From: Deltaproteobacteria bacterium TL4
GTDB lineage: Bacteria > SAR324 > NAC60-12
Length of the DNA: 53,477 nt
Assembly: GCA_051382335.1 (NCBI GenBank)
Contig: JBBCAX010000237.1
Coordinates: 1-53,477 of the forward strand
Reading direction: 5' to 3'
Part shown: positions 1 to 10,453 of the stretch, piece by piece
Position numbering within the stretch: the stretch's first letter is position 1
Layout: the number at the start of each line of letters is the position of its first letter
Translations under genes and position numbers: made by a program
Notes under the pieces: model-generated
Database searches by the model: none
What the model was told of the DNA's origin: nothing
What the model saw: the letters and a program-made list of their open reading frames with translations, nothing else

Positions 1-16
1 CTGTTACTCAATGTTA

Positions 17-117
17 TAGCTGTCCAGGAAAGTTTTTTCCCTGGGAGCGAGGGCATCTTGCCCTCACCGGAGGGCGGGACACCCTCGCTCCCAGGACAAA
101 ACTTATCTTGAGCACTA
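17..117. mobile_element. MITE family A, copy 1 (TA-flanked, REP-like hairpin core)
   Basis: TATA at 15-18 and 116-119; imperfect terminal inverted repeats (TIRs); palindromic core CTGGGAGCGAGGG...CCCTCGCTCCCAG; near-identical core at 10635-10733. Confidence 0.8.
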
Positions 118-390
118 TAATGCTTATCGGCGAAGAGAATCAACCAGTTTATATGGATTTTCAAGATGAATCGGCGTATTTACGTTTCTTGTCGAAAAAC
201 TCGACAGAAGCTCAAATGAACGAGTTGCTTTGAACTTGTCCGAATTCAAAAAAAAGCGTAAAGGACAAGGGACATGGCCGCATCGGGTTGAGTACACCCC
301 ACCCCCGAGATCAGGCAGATTTTAATCGGAGGTGTTTTTACGATGATTTTGGTCCGGGCGTTCTTGGAACTCAAGCAAAGGGTGAGAAAA

Positions 391-2571
391 ATGAAATTCG
401 AAATTGAGACGAATGAACGAAGAAGATTCTTTTTGTTATTTTTGCTTATGGTCTTTGTTTCTGTGGGCGTTGGAGGAACCGCAAACTACGTATTGTATGA
501 TGCGGCTTTTAGAGGAGAGCATGAATGGTTGACGGTGACCGCCCAAAGTCAGGCACGCTTGATTGAAGCGATGGCACGATATAACGCGAGGCACACGCAG
601 GAGATGAAAACTTTTGGTTCGATTGATACTTTTCACTCACAAGACGCCGCTATCGTCAGCTTAAATCAAATCATCGACGCGCATAAACATTACAAGGGAT
701 TCGGAAAAACGGGTGAAATCACCCTTGCCAAGCGTGAAAAGGGACAGATTGTTTTTCTGCTTTCACATCGGCATCTCGATTATGATAACCCCGCCCCTGT
801 TCCTTTTGATTCGGAACTGGCAGAACCCATGCGAAGAGCACTTTCAGGAGGGTCAGGGACGGTGATTGGCATAGACTATCGAGGTACCACGGTCTTGGCC
901 GCTTATGAACCCTTAAAGGAATTGAATTTTGGAATTGTGGCAAAAATCGACCTTGCCGAGATTCGGGAACCGTTTATTAAAGCGGGAGCAATCGCTGGAA
1001 TCGCGGTTCTTGTTTTTGTCGGGTTTGGCTCTTTCTTATTTTTTCAGATCAGTGAACCTATCCTGATGACCTTGGAAAAGAGAAACAAGCAGTTTCAGCA
1101 AGAAATCACGGAGCGCAAGCAAGCGGAAGAATCCATAAAAAATAGCGAAAGGAGACTCCAGGAATCCCAAAAAAAAGCCGAACTTGCCAGCAAGGCTAAA
1201 ACTCAGTTTTTAGCCAATATGAGTCATGAAATCCGTACGCCGCTCAACTCGATTATAGGGTTTAGCCAGATTGTGCTCAAACAGGCCCAGCAACTGGGAC
1301 TGCCTGATGATTTTATCGGATATTTGAACAACATTGAGACCAGTGGGAAAAACCTTACCGAGCTGATCAATAATATTCTGGATCTTTCCAAAATCGAAGC
1401 CGGAAAAACTACGGTTTATGACGAAAACATCAACCTCAAGTTGTTGATTCAGAGCGTTTATCACATCAATAAAGTCCATGCGACCCAAAAAGGGGTGCGT
1501 TTTATTTATGAATTCGCGCCTTCACTTCCTGAGTTTATTCATGTTGATCGCACCAAGCTCAATCAAATCCTGATGAATTTGGTCAGCAATGCCATCAAGT
1601 TTACACCAGCAGGCAAGAGCGTTCAGCTCAGAGTTTGGTCCGACACAAAGGATCTTGTTTTTCAAGTTGAGGATCAAGGAATCGGCATTGCTCAAGAAAA
1701 GCAAAATTTGATTTTTGAAGCCTTTGAACAGGCAGATGCTTCAATAACTCGCAGCTTTGGAGGAACGGGATTAGGACTTGCGATTGCCAAAGCGATGGTT
1801 AAACTTCTGGGAGGCACTATTGATTTGGAAAGTGAAAAAGGAGAGGGCTCGATTTTTACCGTCCGAATTCCTTTGAACGTTGAAGCCGTCGAAGATGAAG
1901 AAGAGTGCGTGGTTTCTCCTGGTTTTTCCAAAGATAATCGAATCCTGATGGTTGAAGACAACCCCATGAATCAGCTCATGTCCCGGGTTATGTTTGAAGA
2001 ACTAGGCTTGAAACTTCACGTGGAAAAAAATGGCAAAGCGGGCGTTGCTAAAGCTTTGGAATGGCTGCCGGATCTGGTGCTGATGGATATGCATATGCCT
2101 GAGATGGACGGAATGGAAGCCACACGTCAAATTAGACAATCCCCGCAAGGCAGAAATATTCCGATTGTCGCCCTCTCCGCCGATGCCTTCAAAGAACAAC
2201 AGCGTCTTGCTTTCGCGGCCGGAGTTTCGGACTATTTAACGAAACCGCTCCAGGTTAACGAACTGCTACCTGTTTTGACTAAATATTTGAGGCAAGAGCC
2301 AACCTTTGACGCTGCGGAGGGTTCACGAAACGCCTTGTTATCGCCATTACCCACGGAGCTCAAGGAAACTATTATTGAAGAATTTCGGATGCTGGCTCAG
2401 ATCCCTTATTTCATGACCGATGAAATCAGTGAGCAAATTAAAAAAATAATGCGACTTTGCAGTGGCTATCATTCAAGCTACCCTAAGGTTCTAATAGAAA
2501 TTCGAAACGCTGTTTTTTCCAGAAACGTGGAAAAAGCCAACACTTTAATTCAAGAGGTTCTTCATGGCTAG
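391..2571 (+). CDS. Membrane-bound hybrid sensor histidine kinase (HisKA, HATPase, receiver)
   Basis: Two TM segments; H-box FLANMSHEIRTPLN; NLVSNAIKFT; GGTGLGLAI; receiver DLVLMDMHMP. Start 391 preferred over 343. Confidence 0.93.
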   Translation: MKFEIETNERRRFFLLFLLMVFVSVGVGGTANYVLYDAAFRGEHEWLTVTAQSQARLIEAMARYNARHTQEMKTFGSIDTFHSQDAAIVSLNQIIDAHKHYKGFGKTGEITLAKREKGQIVFLLSHRHLDYDNPAPVPFDSELAEPMRRALSGGSGTVIGIDYRGTTVLAAYEPLKELNFGIVAKIDLAEIREPFIKAGAIAGIAVLVFVGFGSFLFFQISEPILMTLEKRNKQFQQEITERKQAEESIKNSERRLQESQKKAELASKAKTQFLANMSHEIRTPLNSIIGFSQIVLKQAQQLGLPDDFIGYLNNIETSGKNLTELINNILDLSKIEAGKTTVYDENINLKLLIQSVYHINKVHATQKGVRFIYEFAPSLPEFIHVDRTKLNQILMNLVSNAIKFTPAGKSVQLRVWSDTKDLVFQVEDQGIGIAQEKQNLIFEAFEQADASITRSFGGTGLGLAIAKAMVKLLGGTIDLESEKGEGSIFTVRIPLNVEAVEDEEECVVSPGFSKDNRILMVEDNPMNQLMSRVMFEELGLKLHVEKNGKAGVAKALEWLPDLVLMDMHMPEMDGMEATRQIRQSPQGRNIPIVALSADAFKEQQRLAFAAGVSDYLTKPLQVNELLPVLTKYLRQEPTFDAAEGSRNALLSPLPTELKETIIEEFRMLAQIPYFMTDEISEQIKKIMRLCSGYHSSYPKVLIEIRNAVFSRNVEKANTLIQEVLHG

Positions 2572-4231
2572 AATATTCATCATCGACGATGACAATCACG
2601 TTGTTGAACAGCTTAGTGTTTTGCTCAGTGCGTTCGGGTATGAACTCGCCCACACCCTGTATTCTACTGCCGCCTTTGAGTATCTGAAGGTCAAACCTGC
2701 CGATCTCATCTTATTGGACGTCAATATGCCAGAAATGGATGGGATCACGCTCCTCAAACAATTGAAAGCTCATCCGGTTTACCGATCAATCCCTGTCATT
2801 ATGTTGACAGGAGAAATGGGTAGAGAATTACTGAAAGAGTGCTTTGACTTAGGTGCCATCGATTATATCAACAAGCCCTTGGACGAAGTAATTCTTCAAA
2901 CGAGAATTAAATCCGCTCTCACCATTCAGCAATCGATCAAAGAACTGACTCACTCCAAAGCGGAATTGCAAGAATCTTTGAATATTCAACAACTTTTGAA
3001 TGATAATCTGATCACCGCAACCACTGAGTTAAGGGCCGCTCAACAGCAACTCATTCATGCTCAAAAAATGAAAGCGCTCGGAACGTTGGCTGGTGGGATT
3101 GCCCATGATTTTAATAATATTTTGTTTGCCATGTTGGGATATTCGGAATTACTTTTGGATCGCTACGCCCAAGACACTGAAAGTGCGGGATATATTAAAA
3201 ATATAATCCAGTCCGGGAATCGTGCGAAAAACGTAGTACGCCAACTTCTCAACTTTGCGCGCTTTGAGGAAAAAGTCCATACGCCCACGCAACTCATTCC
3301 GACCATTAAGGACGCACTTGAGATGATGCGAATTACCTTGCCTTCCAATATTGAAATACGTCAGCAGATTCATCCGAAATGCCCTTCCATTCTGGCGGAT
3401 GCCTCTCAAATTTATCAGATCCTTCTGAACCTCTGTACCAACGCATCGGAGGCTATGAAAGAAAAAGGCGGAATATTGGAAGTGATTGCGGAACCTCTCG
3501 TTTTTGAAATTTCCTCAGCGCATCTCGATGAGATGCCTCCGGGAACTTATTTGCATCTCCTGATCCGCGATACGGGCATTGGCATAGAAACCGAAATTCA
3601 GGATCAGATTTTTGATCCTTTTTTCACAACTAAAGGTTTGGGTGGAACTCATCTGGGTGCTTCAAAAGATGGAACAGGCTTGGGACTCTCGGTGGTCTAT
3701 AATATCGTCCAGAACCATAACGGCAGGATCAATCTGGAAAGCAAGTTGAACCAAGGAACCACCTTTCATCTGTACTTTCCAGCATTGGCGGCAGACGTTG
3801 AAGCAGTGAAGGCAGCAACACCGGAACGCCTTTTCCGCTCAAAACTGATTTCTCCCCCCAAAATCCATATCCTGGTCGCGGAAGACGAACTTTTGTTAGC
3901 CCAATTATACACGGAAGCTTTAGAACAGCAAGGATACCGAATCACGTTATGCAAAAATGGCGAAGAAGCCTTGACAACCTTCAGAAATTATCCCGATCAA
4001 TTTGATTTGGTCCTAACCGACCAAGCAATGCCTAAATTGACAGGCACTCAACTGAGCCAGGAACTGATCAAAATCCGCCCTGAGCTTCCCATCATTCTGG
4101 TAACAGGGTATAGCACCATTGTCGCGGAAGAAAGTTATAAGGCTTTTGGTATTCGGAAATTCTTAATGAAACCGCTGGATTCTGATACGCTCTTCCGGAC
4201 CATTCAATCCATTTTTGATGTAAGCGCCTAA
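2564..4231 (+). CDS. Hybrid receiver-histidine kinase-receiver protein
   Basis: N-terminal receiver DLILLDVNMP; H-box AGGIAHDFNN; GTGLGLSVV; C-terminal receiver DLVLTDQAMP; overlaps the upstream kinase. Confidence 0.93.
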   Translation: MARIFIIDDDNHVVEQLSVLLSAFGYELAHTLYSTAAFEYLKVKPADLILLDVNMPEMDGITLLKQLKAHPVYRSIPVIMLTGEMGRELLKECFDLGAIDYINKPLDEVILQTRIKSALTIQQSIKELTHSKAELQESLNIQQLLNDNLITATTELRAAQQQLIHAQKMKALGTLAGGIAHDFNNILFAMLGYSELLLDRYAQDTESAGYIKNIIQSGNRAKNVVRQLLNFARFEEKVHTPTQLIPTIKDALEMMRITLPSNIEIRQQIHPKCPSILADASQIYQILLNLCTNASEAMKEKGGILEVIAEPLVFEISSAHLDEMPPGTYLHLLIRDTGIGIETEIQDQIFDPFFTTKGLGGTHLGASKDGTGLGLSVVYNIVQNHNGRINLESKLNQGTTFHLYFPALAADVEAVKAATPERLFRSKLISPPKIHILVAEDELLLAQLYTEALEQQGYRITLCKNGEEALTTFRNYPDQFDLVLTDQAMPKLTGTQLSQELIKIRPELPIILVTGYSTIVAEESYKAFGIRKFLMKPLDSDTLFRTIQSIFDVSA

Positions 4232-4371
4232 GTGGCTGTCCGAGAATGGAGGTAGGGTGTGCTTAAGCGAAGCGAGCGCCCCCGAAAGCTTACTGTCCCT
4301 TTATTTTTGGTGCGCTCGCTTCGCTTAAGCGGCACCCTACTTATGCTCACCTTCTATTCTCGGACAGTCTC
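4232..4371. mobile_element. MITE family B with REP-like doublet
   Basis: TIRs CTGTCCGAGAAT / ATTCTCGGACAG flanked by CTAA and CTAG; inner palindrome GTAGGGTG-GCTTAAGCGAAGCGAGCGC ... GCGCTCGCTTCGCTTAAGC-CACCCTAC. Confidence 0.75.
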
Positions 4372-4455
4372 CTAGCAATCCCCCAAGCAAGCTGTCCACG
4401 AACGGTAGTCACGGATCATACGCACAAGGGGGCAAACGCCTTCACGTCACATGAG

Positions 4456-6141
4456 TCAGTAAGTACTTTTTAATGAATAGACCTCTGTTTCCCATATTTT
4501 CTGAAATCGTGTTTCATTAGTAATGGGGTGCTGGATCAATTGGAGAGACATCTCACGTTGAAGGTCACTGTTGCTTGGCTTGGAGTACAGTATCAACGCG
4601 TATTTTGAAAAGTCCCGAACCATGAAATCAAATATTTCATCAATGAGATCCTCCGATACCTTTTCAATTTTTTGATTTTCCAATAAAAGCTGTCCATAGG
4701 CAACCAAAGTAAAAAGTTCACCTAATGCTAACAGATAGTCAATATCCGCGCTTTGTTGTTCGTCAGGACCCGCTTTGATCAGCAGTTTTTTGAATCGGTC
4801 AATCTGTTCCTTAAACACATTCACATTGGCCAAGTTTACAGAATCATAAGCAAGGTGATAGTCATGAAACTGGATTTTGCTCAAACCTTTGGTCGGCCCC
4901 TGATTAAACATGAAGCTATCATTGGTAAGATCATCACGCTTTGGTAACTCCGTAAATTTTCCAGGGTTGAAAAAGTAGTTTTTCATAAATTTTACAATCA
5001 AGGCCATATTGACATGCGCCGTCCCTTCTAGCTTGGGCAGCATTCGAATTTCATGCGCGGCAATTTCGAAAAAAGGTTCTTTTTCAAAACCCTTGGCCGC
5101 AATGACATCCCAAATCAGGTTAATCACTTCTTCTCCCTGCATGGTCACTTTCATTTTGACCATCGGGTTATAAAGCAGATATCTTCGGTCTTCGGGAGAT
5201 GCGGAGCGCATGTAATCAATCGCCCGTAAAGAAAAGAGTTTCATTGCGAAAAGGCGGCAGTAAGCTTCCACCAGCAAGTGTCTTACATGAGGAAAGTCTG
5301 TCACATATTTACCATACAAGGCCCGATTTGCCGCATGATCAATCGCCTCATAAAACGCGTGAGTGCAGAGTCCAATGGCACCAAAACCCAGATTGAACTT
5401 ACACGTGTTGATGGTATTCAGCATATCATCCCACGCTTTAGGACCGACTTGAAGAATATCCTTTTGTGCTATGGGATAATCATGGAGATAAAACTCGGCG
5501 ACATAGTTTTGTTCGTTAACGGTGTTTTGAACACACTCATATTTTTCATGTTTGGAATCAACAACAAAAAACACATAGTCCCCTGTATCTTCCATTTTTG
5601 CAAAGACAGAAACGAGAGCGGCTTCGTTGCCATTCCCAATATAATATTTATCGCCTTTAGCGGTATAGGTTCCGTCTCCCCGAGGGGTGAGTGTCATATC
5701 GGAAGCATAGATATCCGCGCCATGTTCTTTTTCGGAAAGACCAAAAGCAAAGACGTTACCGTCCTTCAATAATTGGGCGGTTTTATGCTTCACAAGTTCA
5801 TTACTTCCATTGAAAATAGGCGCTAATCCCAGCATCGAGACCTGGAAGGTGTACCAGTAGGTAATCCCATAAAAACTCGAAATCTCGGCAAAGTCTACAT
5901 TACGAAAAGTATTCCAGCGAGAAGCTTTACTTCCGTAACCTTCAGGCGTCATCAAGGTTGCGAAGATTTCAGCGCGTTTCTGGTATTCAACAAAATCATA
6001 ATTCCAGGTCTTATTGTGAAAATCCTCCTTGATCTTTTTCAACCCTTTGTTCTCAAACCAATCAATCAGTTTCAGCATCATTTGATTCGTTTTTTCGTCA
6101 GGATGCTTGGGTTTGTATTTTTTTGGATTTAACAATTCCAT
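4456..6141 (-). CDS. Acyl-CoA dehydrogenase family protein
   Basis: AFGLSEKEHGAD; GDKYYIGNG; LPKLEGTAHVN. Confidence 0.9.
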   Translation of the reverse strand: MELLNPKKYKPKHPDEKTNQMMLKLIDWFENKGLKKIKEDFHNKTWNYDFVEYQKRAEIFATLMTPEGYGSKASRWNTFRNVDFAEISSFYGITYWYTFQVSMLGLAPIFNGSNELVKHKTAQLLKDGNVFAFGLSEKEHGADIYASDMTLTPRGDGTYTAKGDKYYIGNGNEAALVSVFAKMEDTGDYVFFVVDSKHEKYECVQNTVNEQNYVAEFYLHDYPIAQKDILQVGPKAWDDMLNTINTCKFNLGFGAIGLCTHAFYEAIDHAANRALYGKYVTDFPHVRHLLVEAYCRLFAMKLFSLRAIDYMRSASPEDRRYLLYNPMVKMKVTMQGEEVINLIWDVIAAKGFEKEPFFEIAAHEIRMLPKLEGTAHVNMALIVKFMKNYFFNPGKFTELPKRDDLTNDSFMFNQGPTKGLSKIQFHDYHLAYDSVNLANVNVFKEQIDRFKKLLIKAGPDEQQSADIDYLLALGELFTLVAYGQLLLENQKIEKVSEDLIDEIFDFMVRDFSKYALILYSKPSNSDLQREMSLQLIQHPITNETRFQKIWETEVYSLKSTY

Positions 6142-6661
6142 AAGGACTCCTTTTGAGTTATGTAGATAAAGACGCTAAGCTGTAGCGACGAAAATCGCAC
6201 TGAAGACGCAGGCTTTCGGGCTTGGTCATAAAATGTGAAAAGTTCATATAGGCATTGCGTATACTCTGCAAATTTTGTTATTGTTGACAGTGTTCGTTGA
6301 ACCACAGGCTATGTACTACGTTTTCCAAAGAGTTACAAAAGAAAAATACCGTTAAGGAGGATGAGAATAAAAGCCGATTGAATGTTGCTCCTATCTTTAT
6401 TCATTGTCTTTCTTCGGTCAGATTATTATCTATGGCGTTTCCTTTGTCCTCGCATTTTATTGAAGTTTATATCTTCAAACCCGTGACAAATCAACACCTC
6501 AATAAAAGGGCCAACTATTTTTTAAATAATTGCGTGTGCCAATTCAAGTTCTCTGATACAATGCTCCATTCACACGCAATGTTTAGTTTTTCAATGGCGT
6601 TTTCACGGACCCTGGTCAAGTTTCTTAAATCAAGCGTTTATATACTATTTTGAGGATCAAT

Positions 6662-6970
6662 ATGAAGAAAACCTTTAAATTAACCCACCCTAAAATCAAA
6701 GTGGCCCGACTGGTAGAAGCGGTGAAATCCGACATCAGAAAGTATTTGAAGCGAGAGCGCAATAAAAAACTGCCGGAAGGGGTGGATTTCTGGGACTTCG
6801 ATTGCAAATTTGGCCCTACGGCCGAAGTCTCGAACAAAATTGATTTGTCTGAAATTTTTAAATTCATTGATGAAGCTGAAGCACAACAACTCGAGTCGTT
6901 TTATATCGAAATTTTGGCCAAGCCAGGTCACCGATTGAAAAAACTGGAACCCAAAGGCGCAGCGGTTTGA
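6662..6970 (+). CDS. DUF6172 family protein
   Basis: MKKTFKL..., KYLKRERNKKLPEGVDFWDFDCKFG and FYIEILAKPG match the family as recalled. Confidence 0.75.
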   Translation: MKKTFKLTHPKIKVARLVEAVKSDIRKYLKRERNKKLPEGVDFWDFDCKFGPTAEVSNKIDLSEIFKFIDEAEAQQLESFYIEILAKPGHRLKKLEPKGAAV

Positions 6971-7029
6971 CTTTTAGTGACTCCCCATGAAGGAGTAATC
7001 CCGAGGGGACACGCATTTCATTTGCTTTT

Positions 7030-7365
7030 TTGTCAGAGTATGTTAAGAAAAACGGACGTTATCAACTTCGAACTCAGTTAGGTAAAAACATGGTAGATCC
7101 CGATCAAAGAGTCATCTATGCCAACCTGTTGGATACTTTGGGAACAGGCAAACCCAATATGGTTTCGTTTTTAGATGATAAAGGCAGTATTGGTTTGGCT
7201 GTGGATAGCAATGGAGATGGTCTTGCCGATCACATTTATGTGTTTCAAGATGTCACCAGGGATGGAAAATTAGATTCAGACGATGAGCTTTATATTCGTG
7301 AAAAGGCCAATGAGTTGATGTCCACCCCTATTCGTGAAAAGAATCCAATCCTCATTTACGTTTAA
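7030..7365 (+). CDS. Hypothetical protein with DxDxDG-like calcium-binding loops
   Basis: DSNGDGLAD and DVTRDGKLDSDDE motifs; start uncertain (7030 or 7090). Confidence 0.6.
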   Translation: MSEYVKKNGRYQLRTQLGKNMVDPDQRVIYANLLDTLGTGKPNMVSFLDDKGSIGLAVDSNGDGLADHIYVFQDVTRDGKLDSDDELYIREKANELMSTPIREKNPILIYV

Positions 7366-7369
7366 TGAT

Positions 7370-7825
7370 ATGTTGTCATATAAAACGATTGACCCTGAAC
7401 TGATTGGAACCTTATCCTCCGAAGAAAAAGTGTGGATGGCGCAAGCCATTGCGAACATGATTGTCGCTGACGGTGTGGTTGTCGAGGCCGAAATACAATT
7501 TTTCACTGATATTATTTCTTTTTTGGACCGCAAAGAAGATGTGCTCCGTTTGGTTGAAGTCGTCAAACGCAGAAAACAGGTAGAGTTGCCTAAATTGGAA
7601 ATGAGGCGTAAAAATGCCATTCACATGGTGATGAACCTCGCGGTTATTGCCATTTCCGATAACAAACTCCGTCAATCCGAAGCTCAAGTCTTGAGGACCA
7701 TCACCAACCAGTTGAACTTGCCGCCAACCGTTTCTGAAAAAGTACTTCGTTGGGCCAGTGATTTGCTGGCCTTACGTAAAAAGGAACAAGAAATTATGGA
7801 TCTGGTGGAACACCCACTGTTATGA
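7370..7825 (+). CDS. TerB-like (tellurite resistance fold) protein
   Basis: MIVADGVVVEAE and AISDNKLRQSE, the paired acidic helices of TerB. Confidence 0.75.
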   Translation: MLSYKTIDPELIGTLSSEEKVWMAQAIANMIVADGVVVEAEIQFFTDIISFLDRKEDVLRLVEVVKRRKQVELPKLEMRRKNAIHMVMNLAVIAISDNKLRQSEAQVLRTITNQLNLPPTVSEKVLRWASDLLALRKKEQEIMDLVEHPLL

Positions 7826-7879
7826 TTCGTGTTGCTTTTATCCGTACGTTTTTAATGTCGTTTGCTCTAAAAGTGATCC

Positions 7880-8254
7880 TTGAAAATACTATTATCTCTT
7901 TTCCTATTGATCACGCCACTGATTGAGGTATGGTTGCTGTTGCAGTTTTATCGTCAAACGACGTTTTGGAGCGTTTTTATTCTCTGTACCCTTACCTGTG
8001 CCTTGGGAACATGGTTGATGAGGAACGAAAATATATCAATCCTGACCTTAATTGAAACGGAAATTCAAAACGGAAGGCTGCCCACAGAGGAATTATTGGA
8101 CGCGTTTCTCATTTGGGCCAGTGGCTTGTGTTTGGTCGTCCCTGGACTCATTTCAGACAGCGTGGGTTTTGTCCTCGTGTTCCCTGGTTGTCGAAAATGG
8201 TGTGTAGAAAAAATCAGGAGTTACCTGAAAAATTATGTTAACGACTCAGCCTAA
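7880..8254 (+). CDS. fxsA: FxsA family membrane protein
   Basis: PLIEVWLL; GRLPTEELLD; LVVPGLISDSVG. Confidence 0.85.
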   Translation: MKILLSLFLLITPLIEVWLLLQFYRQTTFWSVFILCTLTCALGTWLMRNENISILTLIETEIQNGRLPTEELLDAFLIWASGLCLVVPGLISDSVGFVLVFPGCRKWCVEKIRSYLKNYVNDSA

Positions 8255-8317
8255 AAAGGTGAGTCCGTAAAATACGCGAAAAACACTAAGATCATCCTTC
8301 AACACAAAGAAACTATT

Positions 8318-8965
8318 ATGTTTACAGGTATTGTTCAAGGCACTCGTCCTGTCGAAAAAATTACGGATCTGGAAGGGCGTCGAAGACTAAAAATAAAGTT
8401 GTCAGATCTTTCAAAAAATCTTCAACGTGGCGCAAGTGTTGGGGTTAATGGGGTTTGCCTCACGGTTGTCAGCATTGAAGATGAATGCGCGGAATTCGAT
8501 ATCATCAAGGAAAGTCTGGATCGAACCAATCTGGGACAATTGAAGGTTGGGGATCAAGTCGATATTGAAAGAGCTTGCCGATACGGAGATGAAGTCGGAG
8601 GTCACCAGGTGACAGGTCATGTGGACACGGTCGGGACTATTGAGAAAAAGAATTTTACCCCTAATAACTGCGAAGTTTACATTCATCACGCTGAAGAATG
8701 GAACAAGTACCTTGTTCCCAAAGGTTGGATTGCGGTAGATGGAATCAGTTTAACCGTTGTCGCGGTGACTCCAACCAGTTTTTCTGTGTGTCTCATCCCT
8801 GAAACACTACAGCAAACGGTCCTGGGTATCAAGACGGAGGGCGCTTCCCTCAACCTGGAGTTTGATCACACCACGAAAGTCATTGTTCAAACCATGGAAC
8901 GCTTAATACCGCAGTATTTAAACCGATCTTTGAAGGAGGGTTCACTCGAGGTTCGCGTTGATTAA
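8318..8965 (+). CDS. ribE: Riboflavin synthase alpha chain
   Basis: MFTGIVQ N-terminus; GVNGVCLTV; GGHQVTGHVD; DGISLTV. Confidence 0.95.
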   Translation: MFTGIVQGTRPVEKITDLEGRRRLKIKLSDLSKNLQRGASVGVNGVCLTVVSIEDECAEFDIIKESLDRTNLGQLKVGDQVDIERACRYGDEVGGHQVTGHVDTVGTIEKKNFTPNNCEVYIHHAEEWNKYLVPKGWIAVDGISLTVVAVTPTSFSVCLIPETLQQTVLGIKTEGASLNLEFDHTTKVIVQTMERLIPQYLNRSLKEGSLEVRVD

Positions 8966-9073
8966 ACTTGATGGGTCGTGGGCCTTTTCGCCAACGGAGG
9001 ATCCCTTCCTCTTGTGACAACCTTAAAACGATACGCATAACAGCAATTAACAACTCATCTAAAAAATTTCATC

Positions 9074-10330
9074 ATGCATCAATCCATTTTTCAATCAGTC
9101 TGTCTCTTCCTCCTTGCGGTGATTCTTCAAAGTTGTTCCCTGTTTGTGCCAAGCCAAGCTGTTCTGGAACCGCTCAGTCCTGAAGAGGTCAAGTCTTACC
9201 TGTTGGAAGATGACCAGGATTTTGAATTGCTTCCTGAAGCGCTTGAAGCTTCAATCAATTACTATCGACGGTTGCCTGACTCGTATAAGTTTGATTATGC
9301 GGGAACCCTTTATACGGCTAGGGAGATGGAAGCTTCGATGAATCTTTTTTTAGAAATCCTTGATAATTATGAAGGCGAGCAAAGGCTCATTCAAATTCAG
9401 CAAAAGTTTCAATTTTATGAAAGCAAAAACACGAAAGGACAGGCTTTTTTTACAGGATATTACGAACCACTGCTAGAGGGGAGCTTAACGCCGACAGCAG
9501 CGTTCAATATTCCCCTGTATTCAATGCCTGCGGATCTCATCACTACGGACCTTGGACTTTTTTATGATGATTTAAAAGGGCGGCGTTTGATAGGCAAAAT
9601 CAAAGGAAATCGTTTAATACCTTATGACACCAGAGAACAAATTGCCTATAAGAGCTCACTCAATAGCCGGGCCGAAATTATTTTATATCTCAAAAATCAC
9701 ATTGAATTATTTTTCCTGCAAATTCAAGGTTCCGGTTTAGTCAAACTTCCGGATGAGACACTGCAACGAGTTAATTATGCGGGTCAAAACGGTCACCCTT
9801 ACAAAGCCATTGGCGCCTTGTTGAAAGAACACATTCCCCTTGACGAAATGTCCTTACAAGCGATAAAAGCCTATCTTTACAGTCACCCTGACGAAGTAAG
9901 AAGGATCTTGAATCATAACCCCAGTTATACTTTTTTTAGAGAAGTTGAAGATGGCCCCTTGGGCAATATTGAGGTTCCGCTGACTCCAGGTCGCTCGCTG
10001 GCTATGGATCGTCAATTAATTCCCCGGGGGGGGTTGGCTTTTATCGAAACCATTTATCCTCCTTTGAATGAGGAGGAACAAAAGGAACCGAACCCTCTGA
10101 GTCGTTTTATGGTTGTTCAAGATACGGGGGGTGCTATTCGTGGACATGGGCGAGCTGATGTTTTCTGGGGACATGGCCGGGAAGCCGAGATCATCGCGGG
10201 ACATATGAAGCAACATGGCAGGATCATACTTCTTGTCGCGCGAAAAGAGATACTCCATCCTCAGCAAACAAGCGCTACGGACTCAGACAGTATGGTTCAG
10301 CGTAGCTATTCCGCAAATGAGGGAGGATGA
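9074..10330 (+). CDS. mltA: Membrane-bound lytic murein transglycosylase A
   Basis: Lipobox LQSC; FTGYYEP; FFLQIQGSG; NPSYTFF; QDTGGAIRG-RADVFWG (3D domain). Confidence 0.92.
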   Translation: MHQSIFQSVCLFLLAVILQSCSLFVPSQAVLEPLSPEEVKSYLLEDDQDFELLPEALEASINYYRRLPDSYKFDYAGTLYTAREMEASMNLFLEILDNYEGEQRLIQIQQKFQFYESKNTKGQAFFTGYYEPLLEGSLTPTAAFNIPLYSMPADLITTDLGLFYDDLKGRRLIGKIKGNRLIPYDTREQIAYKSSLNSRAEIILYLKNHIELFFLQIQGSGLVKLPDETLQRVNYAGQNGHPYKAIGALLKEHIPLDEMSLQAIKAYLYSHPDEVRRILNHNPSYTFFREVEDGPLGNIEVPLTPGRSLAMDRQLIPRGGLAFIETIYPPLNEEEQKEPNPLSRFMVVQDTGGAIRGHGRADVFWGHGREAEIIAGHMKQHGRIILLVARKEILHPQQTSATDSDSMVQRSYSANEGG

Positions 10331-10386
10331 GTTTGCTGACTGCAAAAATAATAATGGTCAGGAAGCGTTGTTTGAAATTGAGTTAT
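10292..10386 (+). repeat. Left copy of a 95-bp diverged direct repeat (partner at 31056-31150)
   Basis: Ungapped hand alignment shows 9 mismatches in 95 nt. Confidence 0.9.
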
Positions 10387-10453
10387 CGAGTAGGAGGAGC
10401 CAGAGGCTCCGTCCTCTCACAGAACCGTGCGTACGGGTCTCGTACACGGCTCT

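Noticed and set aside
6297..6653. 118-aa ORF between divergent genes
   Set aside because: No motif, weak start, and it occupies the probable promoter region.
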